Part shown: positions 39,540 through 50,492 of the stretch, in pieces
How the letters are laid out: each line of letters begins with the position of its first letter
Position numbering within the stretch: the first letter of the stretch is position 1
Source of the DNA: Takakia lepidozioides
Taxonomy: Eukaryota; Plantae; Bryophyta
Length of the DNA stretch: 64,000 nucleotides
Assembly (NCBI GenBank): GCA_030704615.1
Contig: CM060733.1
Span: forward strand, 65,720,001 to 65,784,000
Direction of reading: 5' to 3'
The notes under the pieces: generated by a model
The model's database searches: none
What the model saw: the letters and a program-made list of their open reading frames with translations, nothing else
What the model was told of the DNA's origin: nothing
Translations under genes and position numbers: made by a program

Positions 39540-40400
39540 TTATTTTAAAGCATCATATCTGAAATTCGTTAAACCATTGTCCTCAATATAATCCAAGAGT
39601 GGCCTAAACTTAGGATCTTTTGAAACATTGGGATAAGGCGGATAACCTATCATCTTTTTCCTGAGATAGCTTGAAACAGTGGGATGTTTTCTCATTCCAA
39701 GCAAATAGTCCAGAAGAACCTTATGAAGATAGCAACCATCAGTCTCCACGGTCTCGAACGGTTTAAGAATCAGACACGAGTCGGGCGGGTTCAATACACA
39801 CTTGATGGCCGTGTTGTCAATGAGCAGAGTGTTACTCTTGGTGTACTGACCACCAAATCTCTGCCAGACCTTCATCAGCTGTATGTCCCTGCTACCTCAC
39901 AGAAGCAAAAGTACGTGCCAAAGCAAGTAAGAGATTAGAATCGCATGAAATGATGGATTGTGCCTTTTTCCTAATCTTGAGTTGACTTGGTTGATTAATA
40001 TATCTTGTGATTTTCAGTTTTGTTCTGATATCCACGTGAGTGATCAAGAACGTCCACTGGACAGTCGAGGTTAATTAAAAATTAGACACAAATTTATTCT
40101 ATCAAGATATCTTGTGTCCCAATGTAGCGACACGTAACTCTTCACTGCACAAGTACTTCTGCCAAGTAAGCTCCCAGGTTCTAAGGAACTGGGTCATTCT
40201 CGAAAACGTCATCCCTAGCTCCGAACGGATGTTGCAAGTTGAATTGCATGGCATCCATACCGGACAACCGGAACATGTTAAGGTGAGGCTTGAGTTCATC
40301 CAGAATAAACCTATCCTTGTAAGGGTCCACAAGTGTTTTATATTTTGGAAGAAAGATGGTATTCCTATAGGGTTTAGGAAGGACTTGTACTTTTGGTCGC
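39540..40400 (-). pseudogene. Two FCP1/NIF C-terminal half segments
   Basis: 39540-39875 reads KVW..YTKSNTLLIDNTAIKCVLNP..YLHKVLLDYL. About 40200-40400 reads DQKYKSFLNP then, frameshifted, DRFILDELKPHL..QHPFG. Confidence 0.72.
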
Positions 40401-40517
40401 TAAAAATTCACGAAAAATAGCAAAGTGGATATATCAATATATGAAGCCTCGACAGGGGAGATTGCAAGCTATTCCGTATTCTACCCTCCTAAGTATATGT
40501 ACATGACTCTATGGCAG

Positions 40518-40912
40518 ATTGGAATACCTGTTTCTCCACCTGCGCAAGGGTTGCGTTTGCTAATTTTTGACGTGAATGGAGTCTTGTGCAAAATCTTGAA
40601 GCACCAGAAGAGCTACAATGTCCCTCGCTGTCAGAAACAGACTACAAAATACCAACTCTTGTTGGAATTCGAATAGACGGGAGAAATATTACGAAATGTG
40701 GACAGAGTTGCACAAACATTTCCGGTTGGGAATTTGGAGCTATATGATGCACAAGAACTTGCAGCCCATCCTGGATTTCTTGCTTTATGGTCTCCCTCAA
40801 CCCGCATTCGTTATGTCTCAAAAATATTGCATTTCATGTCCTACTTCTGTGCACCCTCAATTTAAATCATGACTTGACCCTTCGAGTTTGTTCTTGAAGC
40901 CAATAGCAAAGT
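40518..40912 (+). pseudogene. FCP1/NIF N-terminal half, opposite in orientation to its neighbours
   Basis: LLIFDVNGVLC..HFRLGIWSYMMHKNL..PAFVMSQKYC..LFLKP, with a frameshift and stop. Confidence 0.78.
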
Positions 40913-41327
40913 GGGCTTTGTTGGAATAATGACGTGGAGATATCCTAAACTGCAGGGTCTTTGGATGCCTAGGGGAGTGCATTTGGACTTAGATGATGTG
41001 AAGAATTGAAATCTAAGACCAAGTGCAATCTCCTATGTATCCAAGTGCGTCTCCTATGTTGAGGCCCATCGAAGCCCAAGTGCAATTTTCTATGTATCCA
41101 AGTGTTTTTCCCATGTAGAGGCCCAAGTGTGACCTAGTTTGCTTCAATGTACTGGGCCGGGCGCGAGTCTAGTCGGCATGTCTTCGCATTTGAAGGAAAA
41201 ACAGCCTTCTACGACTCCCATGTGGGGGCTGCTATTTCATGAGCCATGAGCCATGAGCGGCATGAGCCATGAGCAGAGTCGTAAGTGTGGAAAAAAACAT
41301 GAGCAGCACTATTTTCCGGAAATGAGT

Positions 41328-41351
41328 GTCCGCGGGAATAGGGTTTAGGGT
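41328..41351. promoter_or_regulatory. E2F-like site (GCGGGAAT) directly followed by a telo-box (TAGGGTTT)
   Basis: Sequence GTCCGCGGGAATAGGGTTTAGGGT; the first 15 bp recur exactly at 57111-57125. Confidence 0.45.
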
Positions 41352-41685
41352 GCAACGGTCATAGGGGGAGAAGGACCTCCCGATGAAGGAGGTTCGGCAA
41401 TGTTATTTAGAATTATATATTGAAAGGCAATGTTTCGCGAATGGAAGGGTGGTACTGCTCTGTACAATAGGGGCCCATTTTAGCCTACCAGCCACTTGCA
41501 AAATCCACCCACACTCCCAATCCCAAACGAAATGAGCAATGACGCATTCTCGGAACGATGGACACAGAATAGAATAAAAAGAGGGCACAATGAGGTTTTA
41601 TTGATCCACATGAATTGCATTTGAAGCACGTCTACTGTGCTGATTGTGCAATCAAATCTTTAGCCCTGTGCCTACTGAATACAAG

Positions 41686-42249
41686 TCACGTTGTCAATGG
41701 GACTTCGACTGCTCTCAGAACTAGCTCATGAGTCATGGGGCTCCTCCAGGTAAAGTCGATTGCAGCCGTTGTACCGTCCCTAGTGATGTTCACCACAATG
41801 TCCTGCCCTTCAATCATACCACTATCGAATATGGAAATCTTCACGTTTTCGTCGTCCACACCAATGCGAATGTCCCCATACAATGGAGAAGAGGAGCGCA
41901 CTCCTTCAGGAGAATAGGTCTCTCCGATGGAGTCCACCCACGTCCAGTGGCAGCAGTTCCACCGCAACAGCATAGCAGTGCGCCTTCTTCTGTATGGGTG
42001 ACCGTCGTAGCTGGGAAAATCGGAATCGAGGATGCGCAGGAGCCACGGACTCCTCAGACCAAGATCGTCACCCCGCTCGAAGGCGTAGTGGCCTAGGATA
42101 TACTCAAAAGCCACCAATGTTTCCACAATCGAACCAGTATCTTCTCTGTAATCTGTGTACCAGATAACAATGTCTCCCGATGTGGCCGAATACATTGCAT
42201 AATCGATGCCTCCAAATGGGCAGTCGTCCCGGTTCCGGAAGCACGGCAT
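41686..42249 (-). CDS. Unknown ~187-aa protein, paralog 1 (MPCFRNRDDCP...)
   Basis: Intact ORF collinear end to end with 42806-43381. CAAGG precedes the ATG. AATAAA lies ~85 bp downstream. Confidence 0.75.
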   Translation of the reverse strand: MPCFRNRDDCPFGGIDYAMYSATSGDIVIWYTDYREDTGSIVETLVAFEYILGHYAFERGDDLGLRSPWLLRILDSDFPSYDGHPYRRRRTAMLLRWNCCHWTWVDSIGETYSPEGVRSSSPLYGDIRIGVDDENVKISIFDSGMIEGQDIVVNITRDGTTAAIDFTWRSPMTHELVLRAVEVPLTT

Positions 42250-42805
42250 CCTTGCAAAGGAGGACCTGAGGACGACTTGGATGCCGATGACAATGACCTT
42301 GCGGACAGCTACGAAGCCCTTAGATTTTGGAAATGATGCGAAGCGGAAGAGCAGTCCGGCCTCCAATAATGGAGCATCTGGGTCCCACGTACCCACCGAC
42401 GGAGGTGGAACGTGTTCATCACGCCAGCGGTGGATGAACCCATACATCTTTCTCATCAACAAGTTATAGTTTGAGATCTGCCACCGAAGTCCATCCCCCC
42501 GGATGGAAATTCGGCGCCGCATTTACATCGAAGAGGGGATGGACTTCGTCGTGTCCAGTGGCTATCGGCCCACCTGGCAGTGACTGCCCATAGTTTGCAT
42601 GGCAGGGTAGGAAACTGAAACGACTACATTCATGCAGCAGCCAATCTTCATCGGTCCAGGATCCTGTAGGGGGGAAATTTAAATGTGCCCTGGAGTGTTT
42701 GTGAGGAATTGCAGCGTTAGCTTGAACTTTTTCCAGCCACCGCGCTGCTCCTCCTCCATCCGGGAGCTGCTGTCATTGAGCGTACTCCGCTACTCTTTTT
42801 CAAGG

Positions 42806-43381
42806 ATGCCGTGCCGCCGAAATCCAGCCGACTGCCCTTATCATGGCCACGATTATGCTATGTTCAAACCAGAATCAGGAGACATCATTGTCTGGCTTTC
42901 TGTTTTCACAGACGCTGCTGGAATCAAGCAAGAGTCTTTGCGCGCAATGGAGTATCTGGAGGGCTATTACCGCTTTGAGCGAGGTGAGGGCGAGGGTCAA
43001 TGCGGTCCGTGGGTCCTGAAAATTGTTGACCTCGATATACCAAGCTGGAAAGGGATGCCGGACAGATCACGCACGGCCTCGCTTTGGCACTGGAACTGCT
43101 GCCAGTGGACCAGGGAGGACGGCACCGGGGAAAACTATATACGTGCAGATCACTCCGCTCTTCCAGTGTATGGAGACATTCGGCTGAGTTGCGAAGACGA
43201 ATCGCACGGGCACATGAGGCCCACAGTGACCTTGTCAATGTATGATGGTGGTATCATTGATGGACATGACATTGTCGTCGGCTCCAGCAAGGGCAGCAGA
43301 ACGACCGAATTGCAGTTTACCTCGAGGTGCCGCAGCAGTAATGAGCTTGTTTTGAGGGGTATCGAAGTTCCGTCGACTTGA
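42806..43381 (+). CDS. Unknown ~191-aa protein, paralog 2 (MPCRRNPADCP...)
   Basis: Intact ORF sharing DYAM, SGDI.W, FERG, PW.L.I.D.D.PS, WNCC.WT, P.YGDIR, D.G.I.G.DIVV and ELVLR..EVP with paralog 1. AATAAA at ~43454. Confidence 0.75.
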   Translation: MPCRRNPADCPYHGHDYAMFKPESGDIIVWLSVFTDAAGIKQESLRAMEYLEGYYRFERGEGEGQCGPWVLKIVDLDIPSWKGMPDRSRTASLWHWNCCQWTREDGTGENYIRADHSALPVYGDIRLSCEDESHGHMRPTVTLSMYDGGIIDGHDIVVGSSKGSRTTELQFTSRCRSSNELVLRGIEVPST

Positions 43382-43799
43382 TGAAGCCCATGTAGAAGGA
43401 GGAAGGGCTTAGTTTTGTCTGCAGTTGGTAAATGTGAGACATCGTGTCCGATCAATAAACCCATCGTACCTCACTTCTGTATGATTGTGCTTCATTCTGT
43501 TGAATAACTGTCGGAATTGGCCCACTGTTTACAATTTGATGTCTCATTTCTACAATTTGTCTGTCCGGATGAATATACCAGAGTAACCGGTATGAGAGTC
43601 ATGTGTCAAGAATATACCAGAGTAACGCCATGTCGGACATTGAAATGTATGAACCGCATTTCAGTGTCGGACAATGGAATGCGGTGCATCATTTCCGTCC
43701 AGGTACACGAAATACCAACACGGGTCTATAAATTGGACAGACAACGAGGTTGGCATTGCAAATGCGGCGACGCATTTCCAGCTTGGCAATGGGTCCACA

Positions 43800-44215
43800 A
43801 TGTCGATTAAGAGAGTATTGGATTTGTAAGCTGTCGGATCTTTTTCGGCAAAAATGTAATAAAGTCGTTTAAGGTATATTGGATTTTTGGAGGCTTTCGG
43901 CCACCGATCATTGAATGTCGTCATATGCTTGACGCAGTTCTCACTGCTATACGTCCTAACCTTGTGAAAGTAATTCCCGAATAAGGCCTTTGTGATGGTC
44001 AGGACATTTGTTTCAGGTCTCGTGTTCCAAAGACAAACGAAAAACTTTTTGACGACCCATTTCAGGAAGTCGTCAAGACCATTTCGTGTAGGTAACTTGA
44101 ATTTCCCTGCGGAAATACAAGGCTAGGTAGCGGGAGGGGATTTCGGCCCATCTGTTAGGTAAACCTCACAAATGTAACCGATGTCCAGAACCAGGACGTA
44201 GTATCCTGGCCGACA
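43800..44215 (-). pseudogene. FCP1/NIF domain segment D, truncated after NTLLID
   Basis: YYVLVLDIG..RNGLDDFLKWVVKKFFVCLWNT..SENC..IYLKRL..YKSNTLLID. Confidence 0.72.
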
Positions 44216-44702
44216 TCCTTTCGGTCCCCAGGAAGTACTCTGGACGGACAGCAATGGAGTCGAACGGAGGGTAAATCTTGTCATCCTGTGGAATAACAAA
44301 AGAGTTATTTATTAATTATAACTACACAAAGCGCAATGTAGAAAAATGGAAAAAATAGCTGTTAAAGGATTACCGTTCTGGGAGGCGGCTGCTGCGTTCC
44401 TTGATTGGGCTGCTCGATATTTTTTCTTTTTCTCTGCGGAACGACCTCCTAAGACTGTATCTTTGGAGATGGCAACGTCGGCTGTACAGTGGAGGCCGGC
44501 TCAGATGATGTGACCTTGATTGTCAGATCCACCTGCCTCTTCACCGTTTGAGTCTCGATGGAGTTAGTTCGTGTGTGTGTGATTTCCTCTGATTTCGATT
44601 CACGAATCTACAGGAAATTGAAGAATCCGTTAGTGGACAAGAAATTGCAATAACCATGGTTAAGAATGTAGTTAAACCACTAAGGGTCCCCCATCGCGAT
44701 TC

Positions 44703-44935
44703 TTGTTCTACGCATGTGCGAACTTTGTTCATATGGTAGAGCCGGCCTTGCGGGAATTTGATGGAAAGCAACCAATAATGGGTAAGACATGGTTATTACT
44801 GCAAAATCTTAAGAAGCGTGTCCAATCCTTGAGGCATCTACCCTTCTCTTTTGAACCTAAACTTGCGGACAAGGCTGAGGATGTATTTTACGAATATCGG
44901 TCGATGGTTCGAACGGACTCGCATTATGCGGGGTC
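44703..44935 (+). mobile_element. hAT-family transposase fragment
   Basis: EPALREFDGKQPIMGKTW..RSMVRTDSHYAG resembles the insertion-domain region of plant hAT transposases. Confidence 0.6.
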
Positions 44936-45349
44936 ATGGCAGAGAGAATTATATCCGAGTACTAGTGCTTCTCAGATCACCGCGACCCTTTCGAAGACAA
45001 GCCGGATCCGAAAGAACTCAACATGTTGTCACATGAATGGTAAGATTTGATTGGAACAGTAGCAAGAACATTGACACACTCGAGAGACTCACGAGGGGGC
45101 GGATGTCCAACTTAAAAAATTGACGAGGTCCTATTTTCCTTTTCTTTTTTAAAAGGAAAAAAGGTCCACATCAGCAGTGTCACCGTTTAAAAGCCCAAGA
45201 ATGGGAGTCTGAAGTGTGCGGGCAGTTGAAAGAGTGGAAGGGGGAAGGCAATGCGGTGGAGGGGAGGGAAGGATTGTTGTGGGGGGAAGGGTGATTGGAG
45301 AGGGCGTGGGGAGTGCGGTGTGCTTTGCTGTTATGAGGGCTTTAATTCC

Positions 45350-48300
45350 ATGGATTTCGCACAGAGAGTTGTGCTGTCCGTCTTGTTGGTGGTGCTGACA
45401 GTTAGTGCGGCGACATCAAGGATGGAAAAATGGGATGGAAAAATTGCGATGCTCACGAGTGATACAGATGACGGTGCCGAAGGCGGCGTGCGGTGGGCCG
45501 TCCTCGTTGCGGGGTCAGCTGGTTATGGCAATTATCGCCATCAGGTTGTTTGAATTCCAACTTCTTGGGAGCACTGCCTTTCTCGTATTAATTTGGACTT
45601 GAATTTTTCCTGTGTTCACTTGTATGTGTGACTTGTAATGGATCGACTGGAAAATTCCTTTATCCGCCCCCCGTCCCTCTTTGTGATGCTATTCTGACCG
45701 TCGCTTGCAGTATGTTCTTGAATCGCAAATGTGGTCAAATCCATCTCTTCTTGTGGTTCTGTGTACACGCTCTAACTTCTTGGAATGTGCTCGTGGTCGA
45801 TGCGTAGGAGGAGCTGTAAAAGATGTCACTTGATAGTTAACTTCCTCAATAGCGTATGACTAGATTATTGAATTATATACACTACGCATGCTGCACGCAG
45901 AATTGCACCTTCCTTCCCAAATTGTGGCTCCCGTTCTTCGCATTTGACCTCAATGTGTTACTGTTGGTGTACAACTGAAAAGTAAGCTTCACTTTCGAAG
46001 CTTCTCTACACAAAGTTAGCAACTTAGGGGACTTCGCTAAAATATCAGAGCCATCCACTCCATTTCATAGGGCTCTTGCGAATTGATAGGGGTTTTTCTT
46101 GATTTCCTTCGCACATAGCGGTGTTGAATTGATGTGACGTCCAGGCGTTGAGTCAGAGTAGTATTTACATTTTATGGTTATCTGCATTCTGAGTGAGAAT
46201 CCTCTTGAAATGTACAATATTGTAAGGACAAAGATAGTCCTCAAATTTGGCTTCTGATGTGCCCTTTTTTGGTGAGAGTCATTTCCTCTTTTCTGTTTGT
46301 TTGATTTGTGATTTCTTGTGACAGGGATAGGCGTCAGATTAGGCCCAAATTTGTGGACCTTCGTTGGTGAGAGTCACTTCTTCTTTTCTGTTTGCATTGT
46401 TTTATGATTTCGTGTTTGCTTCTCTATAGGAGAACCCTGTTGTGGTCCTAGTGATTGCCACCCCATGCCAACATCATTTTGTTGAAGAAACAGAAGTGTA
46501 GATCTGATCAGGTGGATGTTTAGATTGCTGGAATTAGTTTGAAGAGGAGGCCGACGGTAATATGGTTGGTTAGTACCTCGGATCTTAAGCGAGAGTATTC
46601 CTGACCACTGTTCTTATTTTTATCATTTCTGAGTAAATTTCTGACAGTCATCTTTGAATTTGACCAGGCTGATGTGTGCCATGCGTATCAAGTTTTGAGG
46701 AGGGGAAGGTTGAAACATGAGAATATTGTAGTGTTCATGTATGATGATATTGCAACCAGTCATGACAACCCTTATCCAGGTATCATCATCAACCATCCGC
46801 AAGGCAGCGACGTCTACCAAGGAGTTCCGAAGGTTTGTATTCTTGCTTTGACACAGAGTTCTTGTGTTTCTTCACCTGCTTTGGCAATCTGTTCAGTTAC
46901 ATCTTCAGAAGGAAAAAATAGCTGCAAAACCATTGTCATGAGGTCTCCTTATTGTGTTAATTGGGGTTGCTTGTAGCGTTAAGGGCTGTCTTTAGTTGGT
47001 CACTCCAGTTGTCTTTATGTTGCAATTAACTTTTTCTACCCTGTTAGATAGGCAAAAATGATCTTCAGCGAGGAGTGCTGTGAGACTAGGTGTTGGTTAC
47101 AAAATCTTACTAAGAGCTACCAATAACTTTAGCATGAGATTGCAAAACAAATCATGAGTGAGTTGAAAAATGTTCCACTGAGGACAATGCCATAAGTCTC
47201 GTCACAAGCTGGCAAGTCCAACTAAAGGGTCATATACTGATGATACAGCAGGTGCACTACATACACCTTCGCCAGGTTGACTATACTAGGGCATATTGTA
47301 AGAGTAGGTTTGCTTGATCTGTTTGAATTTTGGTCATGTCTGCTGGGGATGGGGTATTCAGGACTACACAGGTAAGGCTGTAACAGTGAGCAACTTCTTT
47401 GCAGCAATTTTGGGTGACAGAGATGCCATCAAGGGTGGTAGTGGCAAGGTGGTTAACAGTGGCCCCGATGACCATATCTTCATCTACTACTCTGACCATG
47501 GAGGCCCTGGTGTTCTCGGTGTGCTGCCACATCCCTTTTTTTTAAATTTAATAGCTCTTGACTGCCAGGAGGAGCTTGTTCCACTCCTGCAGTATTAAAG
47601 GAAATTGCCCTAAATGGAGATGGGGTGAACATTCCAGATCAGGGTGTAGAAGAGAGGGTCCATTTACTATAGTATAGAGAGCTTAAATCTGCAAATAGAC
47701 TTCATCTACATTTGGGGTAAGTTCATTGACATTTGGTAGCTGGGCTCTCTCTCCCGCAGGTATGCCCACCCCACCAAATCTGTATGCCTATGATTTTGTG
47801 GAGACGCTGAAGAAAAAGCATGCAGCTGGCACCTTCAAAGAAATGGTTCTCTTATTTTCCTCTTTATGACCCTTCTGCCTAATTTAATCATTGCACTCAC
47901 CATGGCACAAATGTTCAGGGCAAAGGAGTGCATTTGCATTTAGCTTTTATTGTCCTAGAAGTCAGATTTTCAGCTCGGCATATCCTGACTTCTCAAAGTG
48001 GCTTTGATGTAAAACATGAAAGTCTTTTTTATGTCCAAGCCAAGGACCATCAATCAAAATCTTGGAACTCCCTGCAAGTACCTGCAACCTCCATGTGAAT
48101 GGGATGCAGGTGATTTATTTGGAGGCATGTGAAAGTGGAAGTATATTTGAGGGGCTTTTGCCAGAGGGTCTCAATATTTATGTCACAACTGCATCAAATG
48201 CGGAAGAGAGCAGTTGGGGGACATACTGTCCTGGCATGTTCCCGCCACCACCAGACGAATACAACACCTGTTTGGGGGATCTCTACAGTGTTGCATGGAT

Positions 48301-49763
48301 GGAAGACTCGTAAGTATAAAAGTGTGTAGGCATACCTTCTGGTTATTTCCTGTGGTTTTGTTGCTGTATTTTTGTGAGATGCTGCTGCCCTCACAGGATC
48401 ATGTCTTTGGCCATAGTAGGCAGCATTTTGCAGTCTGTGTGGTACAAAGGGTATTTTGGAGACTGCCTCTATCATACAATATTTCAGCATTCCACTATGG
48501 CGGTCTTCTGGACAGGACAGATCCTTGAATGCAACTGCCAGGTGCCACAATATTCATGGCAGAGTTCTGAGAGGTCTCTCCCATGTGGTCTTTGGGTGGC
48601 AGTGAGATACAGAATCTGAAGAAAGAGACACTGGAAGATCAGTATCTCATTGTGAGTTTCTGCTTTAGTCACCATTTGCTCACTTTATTAAATGTTTCTA
48701 GAAAACAGTAGAAGCATCTTGGTGATGAATCATCCGAGAAAGGGATGAAGGGAATTTATGCTGAGACTGTCATTCCAGTCAGATCTTGTGAGGTGTATGG
48801 TGGTTGGGACATCCGCAGGGGTAGTATATTCTGTCTTTCTTCTCATCTTGGCAGATTTCTTATGCAGGTGAAATCAAGGACCTCAAATCACAACACGTAC
48901 AAGACTGGGTCGCACGTTATGCAGTATGGGGATATGGGCATCAATGTAGAGGAGCTGGACCTGTACTTGGGCTTTGACCCTGCTTATGAGAATGTCAGCA
49001 GACCTGTGACACCCAACGCCAGCTGGGCCAACACCCTGGTAGAGGCGGAGGTGGCCATCAACCAGCGTGATGCTGACCTGCTCCATCTCTGGCTAAAGGT
49101 TTACTCTCTGCCTTCCCCTCGTCAAGTTGGTTGTCTCACCAGGACATTTGTGTAGTTACCTTGAGACAACATGTTCAGGGTGATTGAATGGTAGGTCAAA
49201 TGTTAGAACAGGTGGCCTGATCTAAACTGGAGTTTCCTGGATGTCAACAGTATCACAAGTCAGCAGAAGGATCAAAACACAGGGCAGAAGCAGGCGTAGA
49301 GTTGATGGGCACTATGAGCCATCGGATGCACCTTGACAACAGTATGAAGCTTGTGGGCAAGCTTCTCTTTGGTGCAGAAGAGGGACCTTCCAAATTGAAT
49401 GCCGTGCGTCCTCATGGGCAACCTCTCGTGGATAACTGGGCCTGCCTTAAAGCCATGGTAAGGTCAGAGAGAGGGCGATATATCCACTGGATAACATGAT
49501 TAATGATTAATTCAGATATGAGTGGAGCAATATGTCTATTGCATAAGATGTATCTCTGTTTCTCACACTCATTTGTTTGTAACTGGATGTAGGTGCTCAC
49601 ATTTGAATCAAGCTGCGGAGCATTGATGCAGTACGGGATGAGACACATGCGGGCTTTTGCCAATGTATGCAATGCTGGCATTGACTCCATCAAAATGGCA
49701 ACGGCAGCTGCCGAGGTCTGCCCAGCAGCATCTTTGGCCCAGCAATGTGGCGGCCCGTATTGA
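45350..49763 (+). CDS. VPE: Vacuolar processing enzyme / legumain (asparaginyl endopeptidase, peptidase C13), 9 exons, ~486 aa
   Basis: GT-AG exons: 45350-45544, 46668-46832, 47362-47518, 47760-47845, 48110-48309, 48603-48651, 48868-49098, 49251-49457, 49593-49763. Signal peptide, [26 protein letters not shown], catalytic SDHGG and [30 protein letters not shown]. Confidence 0.96.
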
Positions 49764-50492
49764 TTGGTTTTAGTGCTTAGAAATATGATGATCCTTGCAC
49801 AAGTTCTACAACCCTCAGGGTAGTGGAAGGCAAGCCTAAATCTGGTGTACGGAGAGCTCACCCCAATCAACTATGGGTGGAGTGTCACTTATATAGTGCA
49901 GTTATTAGGTGGGGAAATTGATGTGAATTTGAAATTGATTCTAACTCTACAGTTGAGCAGGTTGACTAGGAAGTCTCTCTTACAAGAGGTGTATACGATA
50001 AGGTATCTACAGTAGGGTGGTAGTGTGTAACACATTTAGATTCTGTACTACAGGATAGCAGATTAGTCTTCCAACATTGGGATTGTGAGATAGTGATGAA
50101 TGTGAGATATATCCCTCTCTGGAAACACCATTGACCTTGCTGCAAGATAATTATGAAATTTAAGTGCTCTTGCCAACATCTTGTTGCTTGTCAGGTCCAG
50201 TAATTCCACAGCCCAGTCTTGTGCTTGGATGCAATGTAGCCTCAATCATATCACTCACTCAAGCATCACCAACTTAAAAAATCAATCAGAACCACTTTTG
50301 CAGCCCACTAGATAAACTCGATACTCTCAGACACTCTTTTCACTCTCAGACAGATTGCAATTGAATCAAACATTGGAAAAAGCAAACCATGCAACGCATT
50401 ACATGTAAGTTATAGGACTGGTACACGCTCCTCACTGAGGGAGAGGAGGGGGTGTGAGATCACACGCAGGTACAGCAGAATGCATTGGAGTA

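Noticed and set aside
37792-44600. Endogenous giant-virus segment
   Set aside because: Compact genes with AATAAA are suggestive, but no NCLDV or Polinton hallmark gene (capsid, polB, packaging ATPase) is recognisable.
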